This document shows, one piece after another, positions 8,009-16,417 of a DNA stretch of 44,304 nt. Within the stretch, counting starts at the first letter, position 1. Each line of letters opens with the position of its first letter. The stretch is from a virus. Lineage: Duplodnaviria > Caudoviricetes. Below the pieces are notes generated by a model. That model saw only the letters and a program-made list of their open reading frames with translations, made no database searches and had not been told where the DNA came from. Position numbers and translations under genes: made by a program. Location: positions 1-44,304 of the IMG/VR virus record IMGVR_UViG_3300037478_000874, one strand, 5' to 3'.

Positions 8009-8296
8009 ATGACCGATACCGCAACCATCGACCGATCCGCCGCAGCCGAGGCCGCGTACTCCGCCGAGACCGCCGCCGAGTTCAAATGGCGCGCCGACGT
8101 CATCGCCCGCGCGCGGGCCGCGCTGCTCGAGCGCCGCGGCCGGCTCGCCGCCGAGGCGGCGCGCGCCCGCGACCACGACGTCGAGCGCCTGGTGGTGCTG
8201 GACGAGATGATCGTCGGCGTCGACGCGCGCCTGGCCGAGCTCGACCACGCCGCGGAGCGGCGCGCCAGCTACCTCGCGCGCAACCGCCGCGCATGA
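8009..8296 (+). CDS. Hypothetical coiled-coil protein
   Basis: MTDTATIDR ORF with typical codon usage. Confidence 0.65.
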   Translation: MTDTATIDRSAAAEAAYSAETAAEFKWRADVIARARAALLERRGRLAAEAARARDHDVERLVVLDEMIVGVDARLAELDHAAERRASYLARNRRA

Positions 8297-8322
8297 CCCG
8301 CCGCAACCCGAAGGAGACCCCG

Positions 8323-10116
8323 ATGCCCGATTCGCACACCATCACCACCACCATCACCGGCGCCACCACCGTCATCGCGTGGGCCGCGCTCACCCCATCG
8401 CCGCTCAACTCGCGCCGCGCCTTCCCGGCCGACGCCATCGCCGAGCTCGCCCAGTCGATCGGCACCCACGGCCTGCTCCAGAACCTGGTGGTGCGCCGGA
8501 TACCGGGGAGCCAGCCGGGGGCTGGGGGGGATGGCCCGGCCGGCGACATCAAATACGAGATCCTCGCCGGCGAGCGGCGCTGGCGCGCCGTCAAGCACCT
8601 GATCGACAGCGGCGCCGCCGACCCGGCCGACGGCCTGCCGGTCAACGTCGTCGACGCCGACGACCTGGCGGCGCTGGAGATCATTCTGATCGAGAACAGC
8701 CAGCGCACCGATCTCCACCCGCTCGAGGAGGGCGCCACCTATCTCGCCATCGCGGCGCGCGGCGGCGCGGCCGCCGACATCGCGGCCCGCATCGGCAAGA
8801 CCACGCGCCACGTCGAGCTGCGCATCCAGATCGCCCGCGACCTGGTCCCCGAAGCCCAGGAGAAATTCCGGGCCGGCGAGATCATCCTGGCGCAGGCCCG
8901 CGCGCTCGCCGCCGCGCCGGCCGCGCGCCAGACCGCCATCCTCGAAAAGATGGCCAAGGAGACGTGGCGCGACTGGGACGCCGCCGACGTCAAGAACGCG
9001 CTCACCGACGGCCTGCCCCGCACCAGCTGGGCGCTGTTCGACCGGGCGCTCTACGACGGCGCCATCGTCGCCGACCCCGACGACCCCAAGGTCGAATACT
9101 TCGCCGACACGCGGCAGTTCACCAGGCTCAACATGAAGGTGGTCAACGCCCGCAAGGCCAAGCTGGAATCGCAGTGGGCCTGGGTGACCGTGACCCGCGG
9201 CTGGTTCGCGGCGTGGAACTACGACGAGTCCAAGGACAAGACCAAGGCCGGCGCGGTGCTGGCGATCTCCAAGGAGTGGAAGATCACCGTGCACGCCGGG
9301 CTGGTGAAGAAGGCGGGCCGCGGCACGGGCCGCGAGGGTAAGCCGAGCCCCGAAGCCGTGGCGGCCAAGAAGGCAGCCCCGCTGATCTCGGACGATCACT
9401 TCCACCACGCGGCGCGGCGCAAGGCCCACGCGCTGGAAACGGCGATCGCCAAGGACACCCGGCTGTGCAAGGCGCTGTTCGTCGTGGCGGTCGTGAACAG
9501 GAACGGCTACGCGCTCGGGCTGGAAGTCGGCGCGGCTTACGGCGCCCGACCCGCCCCGGCGGTCGCGGCGCTGCTCAAGCCGTGGCAGAGCGCCAAGCCG
9601 GTGGCCGCCACCCTCAAGGCGGTGCTGGCGCTGTCGCCGGCCAAGCTCGACGCGCTGTTCGGCGCGGCGATGGCGGCGAGCCTCGACTGGGACGACGACA
9701 TCGGCGCGGCGCTCGCCGGCCTCGCCGGCGTCGCCGGCAAGGAGGCCGCGCACGGCCTGGCGCTCGCCGCGGCGGACCTCGACGGCCTGTCGCCGGCGGT
9801 GCTGGCCGTCGTCTACAAATCGGTCACCGGCTGGGAGCCGACGTCGATCAACAAGCTGCCGGCCGACATCCTGGCGCGCGCCAAAAAGGACTACGTGCTG
9901 CCGACGCTGCGCTTCGTCCCCCCCGCCGACGCGGTCAAGGCGCTCACCCCCAAGCCCGAGAAGCCCGCAGGCGAGGGCAAAGCAAACAAGGCCGAGAAGC
10001 CCGCAGGCGAGGCCAAAGCAAAAGCCGAGAAGCCCGCTGCCAAGAAGGCCGCACCCAAGAAGCCGGCGAAGAAAGCCCCGGCGAAAAAGATCGTCAAGCG
10101 CGGCGTCAAAAAGTGA
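8323..10116 (+). CDS. ParB/RepB/Spo0J family protein with Lys/Ala/Pro-rich tail
   Basis: LAQSIGTHGLLQNLVVR, ILAGERRWRA, ENSQRTDLHPLEE. AAGGAG RBS before 8323. Confidence 0.9.
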   Translation: MPDSHTITTTITGATTVIAWAALTPSPLNSRRAFPADAIAELAQSIGTHGLLQNLVVRRIPGSQPGAGGDGPAGDIKYEILAGERRWRAVKHLIDSGAADPADGLPVNVVDADDLAALEIILIENSQRTDLHPLEEGATYLAIAARGGAAADIAARIGKTTRHVELRIQIARDLVPEAQEKFRAGEIILAQARALAAAPAARQTAILEKMAKETWRDWDAADVKNALTDGLPRTSWALFDRALYDGAIVADPDDPKVEYFADTRQFTRLNMKVVNARKAKLESQWAWVTVTRGWFAAWNYDESKDKTKAGAVLAISKEWKITVHAGLVKKAGRGTGREGKPSPEAVAAKKAAPLISDDHFHHAARRKAHALETAIAKDTRLCKALFVVAVVNRNGYALGLEVGAAYGARPAPAVAALLKPWQSAKPVAATLKAVLALSPAKLDALFGAAMAASLDWDDDIGAALAGLAGVAGKEAAHGLALAAADLDGLSPAVLAVVYKSVTGWEPTSINKLPADILARAKKDYVLPTLRFVPPADAVKALTPKPEKPAGEGKANKAEKPAGEAKAKAEKPAAKKAAPKKPAKKAPAKKIVKRGVKK

Positions 10117-10520
10117 TCGCCGCGCGCGAGCTCGGGCGCGCCGCCGCCGAGGCGGCGCGCCTGCCCGGCGCCTGGGCCGTGATTGCCTTCGCGCTGTTGC
10201 TGGCGGCCGTGTCGTGCGATGCCCGCGCCGACACGATCCGTCCCGCCCCCACCGGCGCCGAGGACGCGCTCGCCGCCGACATCGCGCGCCTCAATGAATC
10301 GCTGCACCCGTCGCTGGCCGTCACCGTGTGCCACCGCGCGCGCGGGCCCAGGGTGTGCTTCACCCTGCACGACCTGGCGGCCCGCGTGATGGTGCTGGGC
10401 TCGATCGAGATCGAGCAGGCGCTCGCCGACGAGCTGCGCCGCAAGGCCGGCCTGGCGCAGTCCATCACCGGCCCGCTGCGGCCGGGGAGGAAGCCGGCCC
10501 ACCTGGCGCCGGGCTCGTGA
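10113..10520 (+). CDS. Hypothetical membrane or secreted protein
   Basis: GTGA overlap with the upstream stop; hydrophobic WAVIAFALLLAAV segment. Confidence 0.55.
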   Translation: MIAARELGRAAAEAARLPGAWAVIAFALLLAAVSCDARADTIRPAPTGAEDALAADIARLNESLHPSLAVTVCHRARGPRVCFTLHDLAARVMVLGSIEIEQALADELRRKAGLAQSITGPLRPGRKPAHLAPGS

Positions 10521-10702
10521 TGGTGAAGCCCACGCTCCCCACGCCACGCCCGCCCCTGCCGGCGGCCGCACCCATCGACCCCCCCACAGACCCCGGGCTG
10601 GCGCTGGAACTCATCGCCCGCGCCCTGGCGCGCGCCACCTGGCGGCGGATGCACGAAGCCGTTGCGCGCGAATCGGAACGGAGTCAGAGTGCGAGAAAAT
10701 GA
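10520..10702 (+). CDS. Small hypothetical protein
   Basis: MVKPTLP ORF overlapping both neighbours. Confidence 0.5.
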   Translation: MVKPTLPTPRPPLPAAAPIDPPTDPGLALELIARALARATWRRMHEAVARESERSQSARK

Positions 10703-11334
10703 ACGCAGAATCAAAGCCTACAATCGACCTGTGCGTACCCGCTGAAATTGAATCCATCGGCGGGTTGCTTGACGTAACCGCTCTTTGCCAAGAGACCGGC
10801 ATCTACTTCTTGGCCCGGGCCGGCCGCGTCATTTATGTTGGGCAGACGAAGCATCTTCTCATTAGGATTAATCAACATCGCCGCAGGATGAAGTTTGAAC
10901 AGGTATTTTTTTTCCACTGCGACGCCAAAGAGATGGACGAACTCGAAGGTGCTTTGATCAAGTATCTGGCGCCGAGTCTGAATCACTCCCATCGAAGTGG
11001 AAACAAACGGGCGCCGCAAGTGAAGGAGGAAAGAGCAGCACAAATTCTCGACCTCCTATTTGCTCAGATTGCGACCCCAGAAGAGCAGCCCGACCCTCCG
11101 GATGCATTGCCAGACAGACTCAACCGTAAGGCTGCGGCGACATTTCTGACGTCCAAGGGCTATCCGATCATGCACACTACTTTGGCAAAATTGGCCTGCA
11201 TTGGCGGCGGCCCCCACTACGCGCGCTTCCTTGGCCGCGCGATGTACAAGCGGGACGAGCTGTTGGCTTGGGCGCATGGACGAATTGTTGAGCCTATCGT
11301 CGCACCGGAACGGAGTCAGGCTCATCGCCGCTGA
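10699..11334 (+). CDS. GIY-YIG nuclease fused to an excisionase-like HTH
   Basis: TGIYFL...IYVGQTK..RINQH...E, followed by LNRKAAATFL...TLAKLACIGGGPHY...YKRDELLAW. Confidence 0.75.
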   Translation: MNAESKPTIDLCVPAEIESIGGLLDVTALCQETGIYFLARAGRVIYVGQTKHLLIRINQHRRRMKFEQVFFFHCDAKEMDELEGALIKYLAPSLNHSHRSGNKRAPQVKEERAAQILDLLFAQIATPEEQPDPPDALPDRLNRKAAATFLTSKGYPIMHTTLAKLACIGGGPHYARFLGRAMYKRDELLAWAHGRIVEPIVAPERSQAHRR

Positions 11335-11349
11335 CATGCGCTGCGCAGA

Positions 11350-13125
11350 ATGACCACCGCCCGAGACGTGCCGACCCAGACGCCCGGTTGGCCGACCCCG
11401 CCAATCCCCAACCGGGCTGCGTTATATTTGCGCTATTCCGACGACCTGCAGAACCCGCGCTCGATCGCCGACCAGGAGCGCGAGTGCCGGGCGTTCGCGG
11501 CCGCCCGCGGGCTCGTCGTCGCGGCGGTGTTTTCGGACGCCGCGATCTCCGGCGCCGACACCGGGCGCCCCGGCTACCAGGCGATGCTGGCCGCGGCGCG
11601 GGCCGGCGGCTTCGCGGTGCTGGTGGCCGAGGCGCTCAACCGCATCGGCCGCAACCTCGCCGAGCAGGCGGCGATGTATCAGCGCATGACGTTCTACGGC
11701 GCCCGCATCGTCACCATCGCCGAGGGCGAGATCGGCCTGGTGCACGTCGGCCTCAAGGGCACCATGAACGAGCTGCAGCTGGTCGACATGAAGCTGCAGG
11801 TGCGGCGCGGCCAGCGCGGCAACGTCGAGACCGGGCGCGCCGCCGGCGGCCTCGGCTACGGCTACCGCGTGGTGCGCCGCCTCGATGCCAGGGGCGAGCT
11901 CGAGCGCGGCCTGCGCGAGATCGACCCCGCCCAGGCCGCCGTGGTGCTGCGCATCTTCCGGGCCTACGACGCCGGCCAATCGGCCAAGCGGATCGCCATC
12001 GCGCTCAATAGGGACGGCATCCTGTCGCCGCGCGCCGCGCGCGAGGGTAAGCTGAGCCCCGCGCGCGAGGGCCACTCCGGCAAAAATACGGCGAGCCGCG
12101 AAGACACCGGCCGCGGACCCCTGTGGCAGCCGTCCACCATCTCCGGCCACGCGGCGCGCGGCTTCGGCATCCTGGTCAACGAGATCTACGCCGGCGTGCG
12201 CATCTACAACCGCACGCGGCAGGAGCGCGACCCGGACAGCGGCCGCTACGTCGAGCGGGTCAACCCCGCCGATCAATGGGTGCGCGTGGCCGCGCCCGAG
12301 CTCGCCATCGTGCCGCCCGATCTGTGGGCCCGGGTCCAGGCGCGCCGCCTTGCGTTGGGCCGCGCACCCCTGGCCACGCGCCGCGGGCCCAAGCACCTGC
12401 TGTCGGCGCTGGTGCGCTGCGGCGCCTGCGGCGGCGCGATGACCGTCTACACGACCGACCGCCTGGCGTGCGCCGCGCGCCGGGTCGGCGGCTGCGCCAA
12501 CCCGCGCACGCTCACCCTGTCGCGCCTGACGCGGCGCGTGCTCGACGGCCTGACCACCCGGCTGCTGGCCGACCCGGCGCCGCTCCGCGCCTTCGTCGAC
12601 GAATGGCGGTCGCTCGAGGCCGCGGCCGAGGCCGCCCGCGCCGCCGCGTCGCGGCGCGCCGCCCCGGAGCGCACCGACGTCGGCCGCCGCATCGGCCGCC
12701 TCACCGCCGCGATCGCCGCGGCCGGCCACTCGCCGGCGCTCCTGGCCGAGCTCGCCGCGCTCGAGCAGCGCCTGGCGGAGATCGCACCACACAGCGAGGA
12801 GCCCGCAGCCGAGCGCAATAAAAGGAGTAAGGTGATCCGCCTCCCCCACGACCCCGCCCGGCTCTACCGCCAGGCCGTCGCCGATCTCGCCGGCCGGCTC
12901 GGCGACGCCGCCGCGCGCCCGGCCGCCCAGGCCGGCCTGCGGATGCTGATCGAGCGCATCGAGGTCGCGCCGGCGCCGGCCAGGACCGTCACCTTGCACG
13001 CCCGCGCGGCGGCCGTCTTCGCGCTGGCCACCGGCCTCGCCGCCCCGGAAATGTTGGTATCGCTGGCGTCCCCAGGGGGACGCCCGTCGTGCCAACCGTT
13101 TCCGGCGCTGGCGATCGCCGTCTAG
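11350..13125 (+). CDS. Large serine recombinase (integrase)
   Basis: ALYLRYSDDLQ catalytic motif, DAAISG, RPGYQAM, GYGY, LVRCGACG Zn ribbon, coiled coil. Confidence 0.95.
   Translation: MTTARDVPTQTPGWPTPPIPNRAALYLRYSDDLQNPRSIADQERECRAFAAARGLVVAAVFSDAAISGADTGRPGYQAMLAAARAGGFAVLVAEALNRIGRNLAEQAAMYQRMTFYGARIVTIAEGEIGLVHVGLKGTMNELQLVDMKLQVRRGQRGNVETGRAAGGLGYGYRVVRRLDARGELERGLREIDPAQAAVVLRIFRAYDAGQSAKRIAIALNRDGILSPRAAREGKLSPAREGHSGKNTASREDTGRGPLWQPSTISGHAARGFGILVNEIYAGVRIYNRTRQERDPDSGRYVERVNPADQWVRVAAPELAIVPPDLWARVQARRLALGRAPLATRRGPKHLLSALVRCGACGGAMTVYTTDRLACAARRVGGCANPRTLTLSRLTRRVLDGLTTRLLADPAPLRAFVDEWRSLEAAAEAARAAASRRAAPERTDVGRRIGRLTAAIAAAGHSPALLAELAALEQRLAEIAPHSEEPAAERNKRSKVIRLPHDPARLYRQAVADLAGRLGDAAARPAAQAGLRMLIERIEVAPAPARTVTLHARAAAVFALATGLAAPEMLVSLASPGGRPSCQPFPALAIAV
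13045..13105. other. Putative attP
   Basis: Imperfect inverted repeat centred on GGCGTCCCC-AG-GGGGACGCC. 13064-13080 is the reverse complement of a tRNA-Glu-like 3' end. Confidence 0.65.
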
Positions 13126-13134
13126 GCGGCGGCC

Positions 13135-13527
13135 GTGGAGCTCGGCACACCCGCGCTGATCTTCGCCGCGCTGATGCGGCTGTTCGTCTACACCCCGGAC
13201 CTCGCCGAGCACGGCGTCGCCGACGACCGGCGCAGCCACGCGAACGCCGTTCGCGCCGGCGTGCCGTTCAGGGACGACTGCGACGGCTTCGCGCTGACCG
13301 CCGTCGAGCTCGCCCGCGCCGCCGGCCTGCCGGCCTGGACGCTGACGGTCGCGCTTCCCGCCGTGGCTTCGGCGCCCGGCGCCGCGGGATCGGAGCGCCA
13401 CATGATCGCCGTCGTCGTCGAGCGCGGCGCCGCCTGGGCGATCGACAACCGCTACCCCGCGCCGCGGCCGCTGCGCCAGGCGCTCGCCGGCAGCGGCTAC
13501 CGGATCGCCACGGCGCTCCGGCCATGA
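13135..13527 (+). CDS. Transglutaminase-like cysteine peptidase (BTLCP/C93-like)
   Basis: DDCDGFA...HMIAVV...AIDN, a Cys-His-Asp triad pattern. Confidence 0.65.
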   Translation: MELGTPALIFAALMRLFVYTPDLAEHGVADDRRSHANAVRAGVPFRDDCDGFALTAVELARAAGLPAWTLTVALPAVASAPGAAGSERHMIAVVVERGAAWAIDNRYPAPRPLRQALAGSGYRIATALRP

Positions 13528-13663
13528 GGCACGCCTGGCCATGAGACACGCGTGGAAACCCCTCGCCGTCCTGAGCGCGCTGGCGCTGTGGGCGTGGATC
13601 CTCGCCGCCATTTACTGGGGCTGAGCTCCAGCGAGGTTGGCGAGCGGCCGGAAAATTGCCGAC

Positions 13664-13693
13664 AAAAAAACCCGGCCTCTTGCGGGGCCGGGT
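13664..13693 (-). terminator. Rho-independent terminator of the late operon
   Basis: ACCCGGCC/GGCCGGGT stem followed by T7 on the minus strand. Confidence 0.8.
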
Positions 13694-13717
13694 CAAGGTT
13701 CAACAGGGAGTGCACGG

Positions 13718-13825
13718 ATTCAGCGCGGTAAGCGCGCGCCGGAGAACACAAGCATTCAGCGCGGTAAGCGCGCGCCGGAGAATACAAGCATTCAGCGCGG
13801 TTGGCGCGCGCCGAAGAACACAAGC
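13718..13825 (+). repeat. 3 x 36-nt tandem repeat of the pentaloop hairpin element
   Basis: ATTCAGCGCGGTWRGCGCGCGCCGRAGAAYACAAGC three times, with no spacers. Confidence 0.9.
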
Positions 13826-13844
13826 GGCTGGCGCGCGGCCAAGC

Positions 13845-14306
13845 CTAACCGCCGCCGATGAATCTCTTCGCCATGCCGATGAGGCCGCCGCTGCCGGCGA
13901 CGCCGGCCGCCGCGGTGCCGTCGCGCTTCTCCACGGTTCTGAGCGTGCTCATCCCGAGCATGGCGAACACCAGGCCGATCAGGTCGGCGACGCCGAGATC
14001 CGGCCGGTCGAGCAGCCGGCCGGACTGGATGACCTGCCACGCCCACAGCGCGGTCGCGGTGAGCACGTAGGGCACGTAATAGGTGAACAGCGCGATGGCG
14101 CAGGTCCAGCCGATCGCCGGCCGCCAGCCGGCGACGAACACCGAGCCGTGCGCCGCCTCGGCCTTGTTGACCTGCTGCTGGCCGGCATCGAGCCCGACCA
14201 GCGCCATGTTGAGCGCGTGCGCCGCCTCGGCGCGCTTGTTGGGGTCGTCGATGAACTTGTCGAGGACCTTGAGCCCCGCCGCGATCGCGTCGTCGATGCC
14301 GAACAT
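13845..14306 (-). CDS. Holin (3TM family)
   Basis: VNKAEAAHGSVFVAGWRPAIGW...AMLGMSTLRTVEK. Confidence 0.85.
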   Translation of the reverse strand: MFGIDDAIAAGLKVLDKFIDDPNKRAEAAHALNMALVGLDAGQQQVNKAEAAHGSVFVAGWRPAIGWTCAIALFTYYVPYVLTATALWAWQVIQSGRLLDRPDLGVADLIGLVFAMLGMSTLRTVEKRDGTAAAGVAGSGGLIGMAKRFIGGG

Positions 14307-14307
14307 G

Positions 14308-14616
14308 TCAGGCCTCCTTGGGGTCGAATTCGATGTGAATGTGGTCGGCCTCGAGGATCACGTCGTAATCCGGTCCGAGCGCGCGTTTCAGTTCGCGGAG
14401 CGCGTGTTCCTTGTCGGCCGCCGTCTTGAGCGCCCAGGTGCGGATGTCGAAGGCGAGGCCCTCGTAGTGCAGCGAGCCCTGCCGGTGCTTGCCGTCGTTG
14501 ACCGACGTGACGACGAACTCGCCCCACGTCTCCATGATCGGCTCGGCGAGCGCCATCGCGCGGAGGATCGGGGCCTTCGCGCCGTCGACGTCGACCGAGG
14601 CATCCTTCAATCTCAC
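14308..14616 (-). CDS. Endolysin, minimal peptidase M15-like
   Basis: VVTS...SLHYEGLAFDIR...DHIHIE Zn-peptidase motifs, adjacent to the holin. Confidence 0.75.
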   Translation of the reverse strand: MRLKDASVDVDGAKAPILRAMALAEPIMETWGEFVVTSVNDGKHRQGSLHYEGLAFDIRTWALKTAADKEHALRELKRALGPDYDVILEADHIHIEFDPKEA

Positions 14617-14912
14617 AGGTGCCCCTTGATCCAGGCGATGGCGCCGAGCACGCCGAGCGCGCCGAGCGCCATCATCGTCATCTTGGTGAACTGCGCGCCG
14701 GCGCCTTCCCAGAACCGCTCGCGCCGCTTGCGGCCGGTGCGCACGAAGGCAAAATCCTTCTGCGCCTCGATCTTGGCGTCCGCGGTGGAGACGTCGAGCC
14801 CCAGGTTGGCGAAGGTGTGGCGCACGGTCTCGGGAACGGCTTCCTGCACCGTGGCGCTCACCACCTCGGCGATGATCTCCTTGAGCCGGTCGGGATCGCG
14901 GCGCTCGGCCAT
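14613..14912 (-). CDS. Hypothetical protein with C-terminal TM helix
   Basis: MAERRDPDR...MMALGALGVLGAIAW, overlapping its neighbours. Confidence 0.65.
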   Translation of the reverse strand: MAERRDPDRLKEIIAEVVSATVQEAVPETVRHTFANLGLDVSTADAKIEAQKDFAFVRTGRKRRERFWEGAGAQFTKMTMMALGALGVLGAIAWIKGHL

Positions 14913-15274
14913 CAGCCGTCCCCCTTCAATGCCGCGCATACCAGTTTCCGGTCGACGACGCAGGCATACGCCCGGCGCTTCGGGTCGGCGGTGAGATAGA
15001 CCGCCTTGGAGCCCGCCGGCAGGCTGGTGCCGCTCGGCACGTGCAATACGCTTCCGTCCGGCCGGCGCACCAAATCTCCGGGTTGGGCGGGCTGGCAATG
15101 CGATGTGCCGCAGCAGCCGGCGCGATGGCCGTTCGAGTCCGGATCCCGCTTGTAGCGGTCGTCGTCCATGATCCAGGCATGGGGCTCCAGGGACTGCGCC
15201 CGCGCGCCCGCCGCCCAGATCACCAGGAAGGCGGCTGCGACCGCGGCCAGGACGATCGCCAGCTTTCTGTTCAT
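14912..15274 (-). CDS. Secreted Cys-rich hypothetical protein
   Basis: Signal peptide MNRKLAIVLAAVAAAFLVIWAAGARA and GCCGTSHC...C...C. Confidence 0.65.
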   Translation of the reverse strand: MNRKLAIVLAAVAAAFLVIWAAGARAQSLEPHAWIMDDDRYKRDPDSNGHRAGCCGTSHCQPAQPGDLVRRPDGSVLHVPSGTSLPAGSKAVYLTADPKRRAYACVVDRKLVCAALKGDG

Positions 15275-15540
15275 CACGCGCACCCTTCGCCGCGGAAGCC
15301 GAGCAGCCGCGACAGCTTGCAATATTCGAACATCTCGGCGGTTGTCAGCGCGCGTTGCTTGCGCGTCTGCTCCAGCACCTGCCAGCGGATCAGCTGGACG
15401 CCCTGAGAGGTTGCGGCGATCTCAACCTTCAATTCGTCGATCTCGCGCGACAGAACGGGGCGCAGGCCGAACCAATCCAGCGCGACCAGACACGCGACGA
15501 GCGCGCCGGGGATGCCGAGATAGGTGATCCACTTGTTCAT
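15274..15540 (-). CDS. Hypothetical membrane protein
   Basis: N-terminal TM segment followed by a coiled coil. Confidence 0.6.
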   Translation of the reverse strand: MNKWITYLGIPGALVACLVALDWFGLRPVLSREIDELKVEIAATSQGVQLIRWQVLEQTRKQRALTTAEMFEYCKLSRLLGFRGEGCA

Positions 15541-15610
15541 CGCTCAGCTCCCCAGGCTCGACGCTTCGGGCGACGGCCCGTCGTGCTGTTCGTCTTGACG
15601 CTATGACGCA

Positions 15611-16276
15611 TTAAACCGGCCCCCACGAGGCGGCCACGAATGCCTCATCCGTGCTGGTGCCGCTTTGCGTTGCTCCGATGGCAAGCGCGGTTTGCTCGGC
15701 GGCAAATGCCTTCGAGGCGCCGCTATGGCTGCCGACCGTGGTCTCGATCACCTCATCGAAATCCTCATCCAACTCGGCCCACGTATGGGTTCGATCGGTC
15801 GATCCGTTCGTGAAAACCACGGCGACCGCGGCACCATTCGCGGGGACATCGATGCCGCCTACCGGCACGGACGGATTCGCTACCGAAGTCGCGGTAGCGC
15901 TCGCCGCCGCAGCCGCGTTGCCGAGTACCGTGACGCCGACACCGCAGCGACCCTTGGTCCCGGTCCAAGTCACCACAACGTCAACGCTGGACCCCCCGGC
16001 GTAATCGTTGAGTTGCCAAATCCCGGCGACAGCCTCGTTATCCGCAACGGAAATAACCTCCGTCGTGGCCGCCCCGCCAACCGTGATCCCGCTTACGGTA
16101 AAAGTGCCGCCGCCGCCGCCAGTCACCGAGACCACCACCTTGCCGGCCGCGATGCTCGCGAACGTGCGCGTGTAGACCGTGCGGTTGACCGCATCGACCT
16201 GGGAGCTGTTGAAGGCGACCGTGGCGGCGCCGCCGCCCGCCGCCGACACATCCTCGTCGTCCTCGAGCTCGAGCAT
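15611..16276 (-). CDS. Putative tail fibre/receptor-binding accessory protein
   Basis: Beta-rich, Gly/Thr/Val/Ala composition, at the end of the tail module. Confidence 0.6.
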   Translation of the reverse strand: MLELEDDEDVSAAGGGAATVAFNSSQVDAVNRTVYTRTFASIAAGKVVVSVTGGGGGTFTVSGITVGGAATTEVISVADNEAVAGIWQLNDYAGGSSVDVVVTWTGTKGRCGVGVTVLGNAAAAASATATSVANPSVPVGGIDVPANGAAVAVVFTNGSTDRTHTWAELDEDFDEVIETTVGSHSGASKAFAAEQTALAIGATQSGTSTDEAFVAASWGPV

Positions 16277-16289
16277 GATCTTGTTTCCT

Positions 16290-16413
16290 GCGCGGCCGCC
16301 AACCGGGCTGTTTCGCTGTTTCCCTGCGCGCGGGCCAACCGCGCTGCTTCGCTCCGCGCGAAGCGCACGGCGCGGGACGCGAGGGTTGGTGTGGCGGCTC
16401 GAGTCCCGCGCCG
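16290..16413. repeat. Intergenic repeat cluster (two pentaloop hairpins and one GGTTGGTGTGGCGG-loop hairpin)
   Basis: Copies at 16290-16310, 16326-16346 and 16368-16413. Confidence 0.75.
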
Positions 16414-16417
16414 ACGA

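Noticed and set aside
4587-10116. Plasmid-prophage partition system
   Set aside because: No ParA, and an intact integrase with a candidate attP is present.
13064-13080. A tRNA gene
   Set aside because: Only 17 nt resembling a tRNA 3' end, with no cloverleaf; interpreted as an att arm.
13718-13825. 36-nt repeats as a CRISPR mini-array
   Set aside because: The units are directly adjacent with no unique spacers, and there are no cas genes.
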